A DNA stretch of 64,000 nucleotides from Pristiophorus japonicus. Its lineage: Eukaryota. Where the stretch lies: NCBI RefSeq assembly GCF_044704955.1, contig NW_027252668.1, positions 3,968,001 through 4,032,000 of the forward strand, given 5' to 3'. Below, piece after piece: positions 27,690-41,390 of this stretch. Numbering within the stretch: position 1 is the stretch's first letter; each line of letters opens with the position of its first letter. The translations under genes and the position numbers were made by a program. A model generated the notes under the pieces. The model searched no databases and was not told the origin of the DNA. It saw nothing but the letters and a program-made list of their open reading frames with translations.

Positions 27690-28531
27690 GCACTGTGTGA
27701 TCTCACTGAGTCCATCCTCCCCGGGTTACACACTGTCTGATCTCACTGGGTCCCCGGGTTACACACTGTCTGATCTCACTGGGCCCATCCTCCCCGGGTT
27801 ACACACTGTCTAATCTCACTGGACCCATCCTCCCCGGGTTACACACTGTCTGATCTCACTGGGCCCCGGGCTTATACACTGTCGTGATCTCACTGGGCCC
27901 CCGGGTTACACACTGTCTGATCTCACTGGGCCCATCCTCCCCGGGTTACACACTGTCTGATCTCACTGGGTCCCCGGGTTACACACTGTCTGATCTCACT
28001 GGACCCATCCTCCCCGGGTTACACACTGTCTGATCTCACTGGGTCCCCGGGTTACACACTGTCTGATCTCACTGGGCCCATCCTCCCCGGGTTACACACT
28101 GTCTGATCTCACTGGACCCATCCTCCTCGGTTACACACTGTCTGAACTCACTGAGCCCATCCTCCCCGGGTGACACCAGTCTGATCTCACTGGGCCCCAG
28201 GGTTACATACTGTCTGATCTCACTGGGCCCCGGGCTTATACACTGTCGTGATCTCACTGGGCCCCCGGGTTACACACTGTCTGATCTCACTGGGGCAATC
28301 CTCCCCGGGTTACATACTGTCTGATCTCACGGGGTCCCCGGGTTACACACTGTCTGATCTCACTGGGCCCAACCTCCTTGGGTTACGCACTGTCTGATCT
28401 CACTGGGCCCCCGGGTTACACACTGTCTGATCTCACTGGGCCCATCCTCCCCAGGTTACACATTGTCTGAACTTACTGGGCCCATCCTCCCCTGGTTACA
28501 CCAGTCTGATCTCACTGGGCTTCCGGGTTAC
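27690..28531. repeat. 33/40-bp minisatellite, left arm
   Basis: TCTGATCTCACTGGGCCC(ATCCTC)CCCGGGTTACACACTG units. Confidence 0.92.
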
Positions 28532-31500
28532 ATAGAAACAAAACATAGAAAATAGGTGCAGGAGTAGGCCTTTCGGCCCTTCTAGCCTGCACCGCCATTC
28601 AATGAGTTCATGGCTGAACATGCAACTTCAGTACCCCATTCCTGCTTTCTCGCCATACCCCTTGATCCCCCTAGTAGTAAGGACTTCATCTAACTCCTTT
28701 TTGAATATATTTAGTGAATTGGCCTCAACAACGTTCTGTGGTAGAGAATTCCACAGGTTCACCACTCTCTGGGTGAAGAAGTTTCTCCTCATCTCAGTCC
28801 TAAATGGCTTACCCCTTATCCTTGGACTGTGTCCCCTGGTTCTGGAGTTCCCCAACATTGGGAACATTCTTCCTGCATCTAACCTGTCTAAACCCATCAG
28901 AATTTTAAACATTTCTATGAGGTCCCCTCTCATTCTTCTGAACTCGTGAATACAAGCCCAGTTGATCCAGTCTTTCTTGATAGGTCAGTCCCGCCATCCC
29001 GGGAATCAGTCTGGTGAACCTTCGCTGCACTCCCTCAATAGCAAGAATGTCCTTCCTCAAGTTAGGAGACCAAAACTGTACACAATACTCCAGGTGTGGC
29101 CTCACCAAGGCCCTGTACAACTGTAGCAACACTTCCCTGCCCCTGTACTCAAATCCCCTCGCTACGAAGGCCAACATGCCATTTGCTTTCTTAACCGCCT
29201 GCTGTACCTGCATGCCAACCTTCAATGACTGATGTACCATGACACCCAGGTCTCGTTGCACCTCCCCTTTTCCTAATCTGTCACCATTCAAATAATAGTC
29301 TGTCTCTCTGTTTTTACTACCAAAGTGGATAACCTCACATTTATCCACATTATACTTCATCTGCCATGCATTTGCCCACTCACCTAACCTATCCAAGTCA
29401 CTGCAGCCTCATAGCATCCTCCTCGCAGCTCACACTGCCACCCAACTTAGTGTCATCCGCAAATTTGGAGATACTACATTTAATCTCCTCGTCTAAATCA
29501 TTAATGTACAGTGTAAACAGCTGGGGCCCCTTGCGGTACCCCACTAGTCACTGCCTGCCATTCTGAAAAGTACCCATTTACTCCTACTCTTTGCTTCAAG
29601 TCTGACAACCAGTTCTCAATCCATGTCAGCAAACTACCCCCAATCCCATGTGCTTTAACTTTGCACATTAATCTCTTGTGTGGGACCTTGTCGAAAACCT
29701 TCTGAAAATCCAAATATACCACATCAACTGGTTCTCCCTTGTCCACTCTACTGGAAACATTCTCAAAAAATTCCAGAAGATTTGTCAAGCATGATTTCCC
29801 TTTCACAAATCCATGCTGACTTGGACCTATCATGTCACCTCTTTCCAAATGCGCTGCTATGACATCCTTAATAATTGATTATATCATTTTACACACTACT
29901 GAGGTCAGGCTGACCGGTCTATAATTCCCTGCTTTCTCTCTCCCTCCTTTTTTAAAAAGTGGGGTTACATTGGCTACCCTCCACTCGATAGGAACTGATC
30001 CAGAGTCAATGGAATGTTGGAAAATTACTGTCAATGCATCCGCTATTTCCAAGGCCACCTCTGTAAGTACTCTGGGATGCAGTCCATCAGGCCCTGGGGA
30101 TTTATCGGGCTTCAATCCCATCAATTTCCCCAACACAATTTCCCGACTAATAAGGATTTCCCTCAGTTCCTCCTCCTTACTAGACCCTCTGACCCCTTTT
30201 ATATCCGGAAGGTTGTTTGTGTCCTCCTTAGTGAATACCGAACCAAAGTACTTGTTCAATTGGTCTGCCATTTCTTTGTTCCCCGTTATGACTTCCCCTG
30301 ATTCTGACTGCAGGGGACCTACGTTTGTCTTTACTAACCTTTTTCTCTTTACATACCGATAGAAACTTTTGCAATCCGTCTTAATGTTCCCTGCAAGCTT
30401 CTTCTCGTACTCCATTTTCCCTGCCCTAATCAAACCCTTTAACCTCCTCTGCTGAGTTCTAAATTTCTCCTAGTCCCCGGGTTCGCTGCTATTTCTGGCC
30501 AATTTGTATGCCACTTCCTTGGCTTTAATACTATCCCTGATTTCCCTTGATAGCCACAGTTGAGCCACCTTCCCTTTTTTATTTTTACGCCAGACAGGAA
30601 TGTACAATTGTTGTCGTTCATCCATGCGGTCTCTAAATGTCTGCCATTGCCCATCCACAGTCAACCCCTTAAGTATCATTCGCAAATCTATCCTAGCCAA
30701 TTCACGCCTCATACCTTCAAAGTTATGCTTCTTTAAGTTCTGGACCAGGGTCTCTGAATTAACTGTTTCACTCTCCATCCCAATGCAGAATTCCACCATA
30801 TTATGGTCACTCTTCCCCAAGGGGCCTCGCACAACGAGATTGCTAATTAATCCTCTCTCATTACACAACACCCAGTCTAAGATGGCCTCCCCCCTAGTTG
30901 GTTCCTCGACATATTGGTCTAGAAAACCATCCCTTATGCACTCCAGGAAATCCTCCTCCACCGTATTGCTTCCAGTTTGGTTAACCCAATCTATCTGCAT
31001 ATTAAAGTCACCCATTATAACTGCTGCACCTTTATTGCATGCACCCCTAATTTCCTGTTTGATGCCCTCCCTAACATCACTACTACTGTTTGGAGGTCTG
31101 TACACAACTTCCACTAACGTTTTTTGCCCTTTGGTGTTCTGCAGCTCGACCCATATAGATTCCATATCATCCAAGCTAATGTCCTTCCTAACTATTGCAT
31201 TAATCTCCTCTTTAACCAGCAATGCTACCCCACCTCCTTTTCCTTTTATTCTATCCTTCCTGAATGTTGAATACCCCTGGATGTTGAGTTCCCAGCCCTG
31301 ATCATCCTGGAGCCACGTCTCTGTAATCCCAATCACATCATATTTATTAACATCTATTTGCACAGTTAATTCATCCACCTTATTGCGGATACACCTTGCA
31401 TTAAGACACAAAGCCTTCAGGCTTGTTTTTTTAACACCCTTTGTCCTTTTAGAATTTTGCTGTACAGTGGCCCTTTTTGTTCTTTGCCTTGGGTTTCTCT

Positions 31501-31815
31501 GCCCTCCACTTTTCCTCATCTCCTTTCTGTCTTTTGCTTTTGTCTCCTTTTTGTTTCCCTCTGTCTCCCTGCATTGGTTCCCATCCCCCTCCCATATTAG
31601 TTTAACTCCTCCCCAACAGCACTAGCAAACACTCCCCCTCGAACATTGGTTCCGGTCCTGCCCAGGTGCAGACCGTCCGGTTTGTACTGGTCCCACCTCC
31701 CCCAGAACCGGTTCCAATGCCCCAGGAATTTGAATCCCTCCCTGCTGCACCATTGCTCAAGCCACGTATTCATCTGCGCTATCCTGCGATTCCTACTCTG
31801 ACTAGCACGTGGCAC
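28532..31815 (-). mobile_element. Long CR1 LINE (ORF1 esterase end, APE endonuclease, RT), frameshifted
   Basis: 31597-31815 ...DQYKPDGLHL... SGNH esterase-like; 30470-31430 GITETW, GDFN and SDHN endonuclease motifs; RT split over several frames; tail at 28532. Confidence 0.95.
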
Positions 31816-32125
31816 ACAATGTGTGATCTCACTGGGCACCAGGGTTACACACTGTCTGATCTCACTGGGCCCCCGGGTTACACACTGTCTGATCTCACTG
31901 GGCCCCCGGGTTACACACTGTCTGATCTCACTGGGCCCCCGGGTTACACACTGTCTGATCTCACTGGGCCCCCGGGTTACACACTGTCTGATCTCACTGG
32001 GCCCCCGGGTTACACACTGTCTGATCGCACTGGGCCCCCGGGTTACACACTGTCTGATCTCACTGGGCCCCCGGGTTACACACTGTCTGATCTCACTGGG
32101 CCCACCCCCGGGTTACACACTGTCC
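31816..32125. repeat. 33-bp minisatellite, right arm
   Basis: Near-perfect 33-bp units at 31855, 31888 and onward. Confidence 0.92.
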
Positions 32126-32759
32126 GGGTCAGCACATTCCCCAGGACCTGACGATGACAGTAATCTAACCTCGGTTTCTGTGCTCACTTACAAACACTTT
32201 AATTTAAACTTTAAAGTCCCGCCCTGTGTGACAGCAAACATCAGATCTGACACTTCCGCATTTTCCCTCATGTAGATGGCAATGCGCCATTTTCTGTGCA
32301 CAGTTACAAAGCGGCACTGTTGCACTTTAAAGTCCCTCCCGGTGTTTGTTCAGCTCTCGGGCTGAGCCGCCCGCTCTCAGTCCGTGAGTCCAGTTCCCCC
32401 AGTGACAGAGCGCGGCCCCGGTAACCCTGGCTGCACACAGGAAATTGACAGCCTCTTGCACCAATCCCAGTTCCGCTCCACCACAGAGCCCCGCCCAGAG
32501 GCCTGCAGAAGGAACCACGCGGGGTCACGTGGCTCCTGATTTGAACCCGGGCCATTGAACTGTCACTTCGCGAGCCCGGCAGCGCGCGGGACATGGCCCC
32601 GCCCACACAGCCCCTGAGCTCAGCAGCGGGAATGCTGCAATCTGAGAGAATAAAGACAGAAGGTGCTGGAAACACTCAGCCGCTCAGGCAGCTTGTGTGG
32701 GGGACAGAGAGAGAATTAACCTGAGGGAAGCTCATTGTTATTGCCCTGACATTCAGGGG

Positions 32760-35330
32760 CACGCTGCTTTACCTGCTGTTGGGGGAAGTGCAGCTGAAAG
32801 ATTTATTGACAATATACAGGACTGTTTCCTGACTCAACATGTTAATGAAGTAACTGGGGAAAGTGATATATTGGACCTGGTGTTTAGTAGTGAGCCTGAC
32901 CTGGTGTGGGGGAACATCTGGGCAACACTGATCACATTATACGCTCCCAATTGGCCGGGAGAACCAAAGGGACTGAGAACCTGCGACTCGCACCACATTT
33001 CAGACGGGCAAACTTCTCCAAAATGGCAGAGGACTTGCAACAGGTAAATTGGCCAACCCTCCTCGGTGCTGATGCGACCAATGTTGAATATAAATGGAAA
33101 GTTTTTAAGAATACGATTAAAAATGTTGAAAACCAACATGTCGACAAAATCAAAAGATAGACATGTGGTGAGAAAAAGCCAAGGTGGCCGACTGGCTCTG
33201 TACAAAGACAAATCAGATATAAACAGAAATGTCTCTATAAATTAAATCATTTAACACTCAAATAAATAGGGTGAATACAAGGAACAATTAAAGAAAACGA
33301 AGGCTGCTATTCGATCAGCAAAAAGGCTAATGGGAAAAAGGATTGTGGACAACTGTGGCAGTCATGGGAAGAGCTTTTTGAGTTATGTGAAGAGTCAGAG
33401 AACTATCAAAGACTGTTTTGGGCCACTGAAGGGTGTTCAAGGACAGGTTACAAAGGACTCACTGAGTATGGCGGAAATATTAAATGAGTACTTTGCATCA
33501 GTCTTCACCCTTGAAAATGATGCTCAAATATTAGAATTTAATAATACTAGTTTTATCAGTAACATTAACTTATATAACCAGATTGTTTTAGAAAAAATTA
33601 AAAACTTGAAAATAGATCGAGCAGCAGGGCCGGATAATACCCCCCCGAGGGTCCTCCGGGAGATGGGACATGTGCTGTGCGAGCCCCTGGCCTGTATTTT
33701 AAATAGCTCACTGCAATCTGGAATGGTTCCTACAGACTGGAAGGAGGCTAAGGTTGTCCCCATTTTAAAAAATTGTGACAAGGCAGACCCGGGTAACTAT
33801 AGGCCCATCAGTTTAATATCAGCAATAGGTAAGATGCTTGAATCATAAGGGATGCAAGATATGAATACTTGGATAGGGAGGGACATATTGGGGACACCCA
33901 ACATGGCTTCATTAAAATTGTGAGACATGAACTCTTTTTTTATTATATTTTTTGAAAAAGTTACAAAGTTGGTGGATGAGGGAAGCCCAGTAGACATTGT
34001 CTACTTAGATTTTCAAAAAGTTTTTGAGAGGATACCACACAAGAAGCTTCTCTGTGAGATGGGAGCCTCTGGTATTAGTGGAAATATGTTGAGCTGGATT
34101 CAGATCTGGCTGGCAGGATGCCGGAAAAGAGCAGTTATAGATGGATTTGGATCTGTTTGGAGACTGGTCACCAGTGGTGTCCCGCAGGGATAAGTGCTGG
34201 GACCGTTGCTTTTCACTAATTATATTAAGGATCTGGATTTTGGGGTTGGGGGCACAGTTTGCAAATTTGGAAATATGAAGATCTGTGCAAGTGCTAGAAC
34301 TGTAGAATAGGCTCGTCTGATTCAGGCAGATCTTAAAGTGTTGGGAGTCTGGTCTCATGACTGGAAAACGATGTATAACTTAGATAAGTTCAGTGGCATG
34401 CATGTGGGCAGGGCAAATGCTCAACATTCGTAAACCCTCTCGGGAAAGGCATTAAAGATGGTGGAGATAGAAAGAGATTTGGGCATTCTAGTGCATACAT
34501 CCTTAAAGGTACATGAGCAATGCTGTGCAGCGATAGCTAGAGCAAATAGGATGTTGGGTGTATCCATAGGACAATGGAGTATAAGACGAGGCGTACTGTT
34601 TTGTCCTGATACAATACCTTAGTCAGGCTGCACTTGGAATACTGTGTCCAGTTTTGGTCTCCTCACATGGTGGGTGATATTGAGGCTCTGGAAAAGGTGC
34701 AGAAGAGGGCCACTAGACTAATTCCAAGTCTAAAGTATCTTAGTTATCAAGATAGGTTAAAAGAGTTGGGACTCTTTTCCTTAGAGTAGCGTAGACTTAG
34801 GGAGATATGATTGTGGTTTATAAGATAATGAACATGAAAGTGTTCCAGCTGACTGTTTATTTCAATGAAGTAGGTTAGGCAGGACCAGGGGCACAAATTT
34901 AAGTTGTATAAGGCTACATCTAGGTTAGATGTCAGGAGGTGGTTCTTTTCCCAGAGAATAGTGGACCTCTGCAACAAGCTGCCCTCTCATGTGGTGGATA
35001 CAGACTCACTGAATTCCTTCAAGCAAAAGCTGGATTTGTTTGTGGCTGCGGCGGAGATTAACACTTACAGAAGGTAGGTACTGCAGAGAATTTAATGGCC
35101 AGAGTGATCTCCTGGACTAGTTTCGATCGCTTAGATGGGTCGGAGAGGAATTTCCCATATTTTATTTTCCCAAATTGGCCTGGGTTTTTTTCATGTTTTT
35201 TTGCCTCTCCCAGGAGATCACATGGATTCGGGTGGAGTGGAGTGTATATGCTGTGATATATCGCAATTGTGTGGGACAGGCTTGATGGACCAGATGGTCT
35301 TTCCCTGTCCGTCATTTTTCATATGTATTG
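32760..35330 (+). mobile_element. Second CR1-like family, degraded ORF2 and 3' UTR
   Basis: FLTQHV..., PGNYRPISLISAIGKMLES, VYLDFQK and SGVPQG motifs with many stops; distinct 3' tail. Confidence 0.85.
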
Positions 35331-35984
35331 AAACACTTCCTCGACACCTTCCTGTCGAAGACTACCAGAGCAAGTACAGCACTGGTTAAATTCAGAATAA
35401 AGCTCCCTCTACACTATCTCATCAAACAATCCCAGGGCAGGTACAGCACGGTTTAGATACAGATAAATCTCAGAACCCAAATTAGAGCCCTCATGCCCCA
35501 TGGTGACAGGCCCGGGTGAGCAGGGTCACTGGCCGCCATCTTGCACAGGGCGGGATCAGGGCGCATGCATGGCCATCTTGGTTCAGGAACAGAGAATGGA
35601 CGAGGCTTCAGGGTCTCTGTTCCCAACTGGGTCCCAGTGCCCGGGAGATGGAGCATCCTGGGTAACAGGTTTTTCTTCATCTTAGAATCAGAGACTGGTT
35701 ACAACACGGAAGGAGGCCGTTTTGCCCATCGAGCCCATGCCGGCTATCTGCAAGAGCGTCAGCTAATCCCACTCCATCTACTCTGTCCAGACCCTTCATG
35801 ATTTTGAATACCTGTGTCAAATCTCCTCTCAATCTTCTCTGCCCTGAGGAGAACAACCCCTGCTTCTCCAGACTATCCACGTAACTGAAGTCCCTCATCC
35901 CTGAATCATTCTCATAAATCTTTTCTGCACCCTCTCCAAAGCCTTCTCATACTTGCTAAAATGCGGTACCCAGAATTGCTCCAT

Positions 35985-36590
35985 CTCAGTCAACAAGCTC
36001 CTCGCTGGAGTGGAACTAAACTACAGAACCAGTGGGAACCTGTTCAACTTTCGTCGTCTCCAGGCCAGGTCCAAGACCACCCCAACCTCGGTCGTCGAGC
36101 TACCATACGCGGACGATGCCTGTGTCTGCGCACATACAGAGGCTGAACTCCCAAATCATAGTCAACGTATTTACTGAGGCATACGAAAGCATGGGCCTTA
36201 CGCTAAACATCCGTAAGACAAAGGTCCTCCACAAACCTCCCCCCCCCCGCCCCCCCAGTCATCAAGGATCCACGGCGCGGTCCTGGACAACGTGGACCAT
36301 ACGGGAACCTCTTATCAACAAGAGCAGACATTGACAACGAGATTCAACACTGCCTCCAGTGCACCAGTGCAGCCTTCGGCCGCCTGAGGAAAAGTGTATT
36401 TGAAGACCAGGCCCTCAAATTTGTGACATAACTCATGGTCTACAGGGCTGTAGTAATACCTGCCCTCCTGTATGTCACAGAGACATGGACCATGTACATA
36501 GACACCTCAAGTTGCTGGACAAATACCACCAACGATGTCTCCGCAAGATCCTACAAAGCCCCTGGGAGGACAGATGCACCAACATTAGCG
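35985..36590 (+). mobile_element. RTE-clade LINE RT fragment
   Basis: YRTSGNLFNFRRLQARSK...ELPYADDAC...GLTLNIRKTKVL. Confidence 0.85.
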
Positions 36591-36954
36591 GCCCCAGTAC
36601 TGACCCCTGGGGAACTCCACTTCCTCCAGTCTGAAAAACAACCGTTCACTACTACTCTGTTTGTGTCACTTAGCCACTTTCATATCCATGCTGCACTGTC
36701 CCGATTTTGCTGGTATTGGTAACACGCCCAAGCTCACTAAACACAAAACCTAGTCTGTTAATCACTTTCAGCTACTGAAAGTACCTCACAGCATCTCTTC
36801 TACCTCCAATATGTGAATAGAGCATCACGCCTGCAAACCTTGTATAAGTTTATATCCACTCAGCAAATCTATTTAAGAAAAGCCTGTAGACCGATGAGAC
36901 ATGGTTAAGGTGCCAGTATGCTGCTGGTTTGCTTGGCATTTTGCCTGTAATGGA

Positions 36955-37500
36955 CTCTGTATTTTGGTCTCTGTATTTAAGGAAGGATATACTTGCATTG
37001 GAGGCTGTTCAGTGAAGGTTCACGAGGTTGATTCCAGAGATGAGAGGGTTGACTCATCAAGAAAGGTTGAGTAGGTTGGGCCTATACAGATTGGAATTCA
37101 GAAGAATGAGAGGTGATCTTATCAAAACATATAAGATGATGAGGGGGCTCAACAAGGTGGATGCAGAGAGGATATTTCCACTCATACGGGAAACTAAAAC
37201 TAGGGGACATAGTCTTAGAATAAGGGGCCGCCCAATTAAAATTGAGGTGATGAATTTCTTCTCTGATGGGTGTAAATCTATGGAATTCTCTGCCCAAGAG
37301 AGCTGTGGAGGCTGGGTCTTTGAATATATTTAAGGCCAGAGATAGACAGATTTTTGAGTGATAAGGGAGTAAAAGGTTATGGGGAGCGGGCAGGGAAGTG
37401 GAGCTGAGTCCATGATCAGATCAGCCATGGTCTTATTGAATGGCGGAGCAGGCCTGAGGGGCCAAATGGCCTACTCCTGCTCCCATTTCTTCTGTTCTAA
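36955..37500 (+). mobile_element. CR1 3' fragment
   Basis: LGLYRLEFRRMRGDLIK...; tail GGCCTACTCCTGCTCC. Confidence 0.9.
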
Positions 37501-37976
37501 CTGAACATTTCTCCCAGTGTAATCTTGTCTGTAATGAAATGTGTCTTTCAATAAGCCTCAGGTCCTTGCTCATGTCTGCTGTAGATTCCAGAGATGAGGG
37601 GGGTCAACTTATGACGATAGGTTGGGCCTATACACATTTGAGTTCAGAGGAATGAAGTGATCTTAGTGTGGCCCTGAAGGAGTGTGTCCAGGCTGAAATT
37701 CTGTTCCCCCTGTATGATCCTCCCCCCAGATTGTCCTTTCTCAGCTCCAGCCAGGTGATGCTAAACATTCAGGTGGGAAAGACAAAAATCCACAGCAATG
37801 TGTTGAAAGCAACACTAATTTATGTGTCGATATATCAAATATTAAATTCCAGTCCAGCTACAGGAGTTATTAACATTAGCGTTACAAGAGATATAAACCC
37901 CAACTGTCAGAATGAACACAATTCAGTCCAGGATGTGATTAACAGCAGCAATAACAGCAGAATCCAACCCCTGCAG

Positions 37977-39347
37977 TCACTTGTGAACTCGCTGGTGGCT
38001 CAGCAGGTTGGATGATCGAATGAATCCCTTCCCACACTCTGAGCAGGTGAACGGCCTCTCCCCAGTGTGAATTCGCTGGTGTCTCAGCAGGTGGGCTGAC
38101 CGAGTGAATCCCATCCCACATTCAGAGCAGCTGAACGGCCTCTCCCCTGTGTGAATTCGCTGGTGTCTCAGCAGGTGGTATGACAGAGTGAATCCCTTCC
38201 CACACTCTGAGCAGGTGAACGGCCTCTCCCCAGTGTGAAGTCGCTGGTGTATCAGCAGGTGCTGTTTGCTTTTAAAACTCTTCTCACAGTCAGAACATTT
38301 AAAAGGCCTCTCCCCAGTGTGAACTCGCTGGTGTGTCAGGAGTTGCTGTTTGCTTTTAAAACTCTTCTCACAGTTAGAACATTTAAAAGGTCTCTCCTCA
38401 GTGTGAACTCGCTGGTGTCTCAGCAGGGCGAATAACTGAGTGAATCCCTTCCCACAGTCGGAGCAGGAGAACGGTCTTTCCCCAGTGTGAACTTGCTGGT
38501 GTATCAGCAGGCTGGATGATACAGTGAAACCCTTCCCACACTCCACGCAGGTGAACGGCCTCTCCCCGGTGTGAACTTGCTGGTGTGTCAGCAGGCTGGA
38601 TGACTGAGTGAATCTCTTCCCACACTCGGAGCAGGTGAACGGCCTCTCCCCAGTGTGAACTCGCTGGTGTGTCAGGAGTTGCTGTTTGCTTTTAAAACTC
38701 TTCTCACAGTCAGAACATTTAAAAGGTCTCTCCCCAGTGTGAACTCGCTGGTGTCTCAGTAGGGCGGATAACTGAGTGAATCCCTTCCCACAGTCGGAGC
38801 AGGTGAACGGCCTCTCCCCAGTGGGAACTTGCTGGTGTGTCAGCAGGTGGGATGATGCAGTGAATCCCTTCCCACAGTCGGAGCAGGTGAACGGACTCTC
38901 CCGAGTGTTAACTCGCTGGTGTGTCAGCAAGCTGGATGATTGTGAATCCCTTCCCACACTCCGTGCAGATGAACAGCCTCTCCCCAGTGGGAACTTGGTG
39001 TGTCAGCAGGTGGGATGATGCAGTGAATCCCTTCTCACAGTCAGAGCAGGTAAATGGCTGGTGCATTTTCAGCTTGGTCGGGTATTTGAATCGTTTCCCA
39101 CAGTCCTCACATTTACATGGTTTCTCCCCAATGTGACTGCGCTTGTGTCTCTCCAGGTTGGATGATTGGCTGAAGCCTTGTCCACACACAGAGCACGTGT
39201 TCCGTTTCTCCCCACTGTGAACGGTGCCTTCTGATTCCATGGTCAAAAGCTGATGATATTCCGGTCCCGATGTATCGAGTGACTTTCAGATCTTGAAGTG
39301 ATGTTTGGTTTGAGCTTCCAGTCTACAAATCCTCCCCTTTTAATACC
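37977..39347 (-). pseudogene. Tandem C2H2 zinc-finger gene exon (about 14-15 fingers), frameshifted near 38940
   Basis: Repeated CxxC...HxxxH fingers with TGERPF linkers in ORFs 38908-39246 and 37977-38957 (different frames); some fingers degenerate; candidate acceptor TTTATAG at about 39348. Confidence 0.8.
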
Positions 39348-39799
39348 CTATAAAGTGAATTTCAAACAGGTAAAAGGGAGTGTGAGAGAGAACCCACAAA
39401 AACACAAAGGCAGTTTGTGAAATTGAGCTTGATGAATCTGGTCATTTGTGGGGCCAGCACTAGAAAAAAGTGACAATGAAAGCTGCCGGATTGTCATAAA
39501 AATACATCTGGGTCACGACTGTCCTTCAGGAAAGGGAACCCACCTCCCGTGACAGTCCCACCTGGGAAATTGTTGGTCCCACTGGGCCCAGAAGTACTGG
39601 GGGTGAAACCCAGCAGCTTCTCCCTCCTCCCCACTCCAGCTCAAACTGATGCAACGAACAGACCCACACAGGAGGTCAGGGAGAGACTTCCACATCCAGC
39701 GCCCTCCCTGATAGAGCGACTGGGAATTGCTGGGCCTGCTGCATAAATGCAAGTGGTGTGCGGGTGGCACTGCCCCCAGGGTTTGCTGGTGCCAGGCTT

Positions 39800-39955
39800 G
39801 GCAGCTCTGACTCGGGGCCCGAGAGCTGCACTGGTTGTTGCCCGGGGCCTGAGAGCTGCACTGGTTGTTGCCCGGGGCCTGAGAGCTGCACTGGTTGTTG
39901 CCCGGGGCCCGAGAGCTGCACTGGGTGTTGCCCGGGGCCCGAGAGCCGCACTCGG
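39800..39955. repeat. 30-bp GC-rich minisatellite, about 5 copies
   Basis: CCCGGGGCCTGAGAGCTGCACTGGTTGTTG units. Confidence 0.9.
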
Positions 39956-39957
39956 TG

Positions 39958-41390
39958 AAAAAACAGGCAGACAAAAAGCAGGAAACTGTCGACCAATTAG
40001 CCTTACATCTGTTGTTGGGAAAATGTTGGGAGTCCATTATTAAAGAAGCAGTAGCAGGACATTTGGAAAAGCAAAATTCAGTCAGGCAGAGTCAGCAAGG
40101 ATTAATGAAGGGGAAATTAAGTTTGACAAATTTGCTGGAATTCTTTGAGCATGTAATGAACAGGGTGGATAAAGTGGATGTGGTGTAATTGAACATCCAG
40201 AAGGTATTTGACAAGGTGCCACATAAAAGGTTACTGCACAAGATAAAAGTTCACGGGGTTGGGGGTAATATATTAGCATGGATTGAGGATTGGCTAACTA
40301 ACAGAAAACAGAGAGTCGGGATAAATGGTTCATTCTTGGGTTGGCAATCAGTAACTAGTGGGGTGCCACAGGGATCAGTGCTGGGACCCCAACTATTTAC
40401 AATCTATATTAACGACTTGGAAGAAGGGACTGAGTGTAACGTAGCCAAGTTTGCTGATGATACAAAGATGGGAGGAAAAGCAATGTATGAGGAGGACACA
40501 AAGAATATGCAAAAGGACACAGTTAGGCTGAGTGAGTGGGCAAAAATTTGGCAGATGGAGTATAATGTTGGAAAGTGTGAGGTCATGCACTTTGGCAGAA
40601 AAAAAATCAAAGAGCAAGTTATTATTTAAATGGAGAAAGATTGCAAAGTGCTGCAGTACAGCGGGACCTGGGGGTACTTGTGCATGAAACACAAAAGGTT
40701 AGTATGCAGGTAAAGCAAGTGATCAGGAAGGCCAATGAAATCTTGACCTTTATTGCAAAGGGGCTGGAATATAAAAGCAGGGAAGTCTTGCTACAGTTAT
40801 ACAGGTTACAGGTTATTGGTGAGGCCACACCTGAAATACTGCGTGCAGTTTTGGTTTCCATATTTATGAAAGGATATAGTTGCTTTGGAGGCAGTTCAGA
40901 GAAGGTTCATTAGGTTGATTCCGGAGATGAAGAGATTGACTTATGAGAAGAGGTTGGGCCTCTACTCATTGGAATTCAGAAGAATGAATGAGAGGTGATT
41001 TATCGAAATGTATAAGATTATGAGGGGGCTTGACAAGGTGGATGCAGAGAGAATGTTTTCACTGATAGGGGGGACTAGAACTAGGAGGCATAATCTTAGA
41101 ATAAGGGGCTACCCATTTAAAACTGAGATGAGGAGAAATTTCTTCTTTCAGAGGGTGGTAAATCTGTGGAATTCACTGCCTCAGCGAGCTGTGGAAGCTG
41201 GGATATTGAATATATTTAAGATCGAGATAGACAGTTTATTAACGGATAAGGGAATAAGAGGTTATGGGGAGCAGGCATTGAATTGGGCCTGAGTCCATGA
41301 TCGGATCAGTCATGATCGTATTAAATGGCAGAGCAGGCTCGAGGGGCCGTATGGCCTACTCCTGCTCCTATTTTTTATGTTCTTATTTTC
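39958..41390 (+). mobile_element. CR1 RT and 3' end
   Basis: FDKVPH, GVPQGSVLGP, FADDT motifs; CR1 tail at about 41350-41390. Confidence 0.92.

Noticed and set aside
31666-32275. TLSDLTGPPGY repeat protein
   Set aside because: An in-frame 33-bp minisatellite fused to antisense CR1 sequence; no gene structure.
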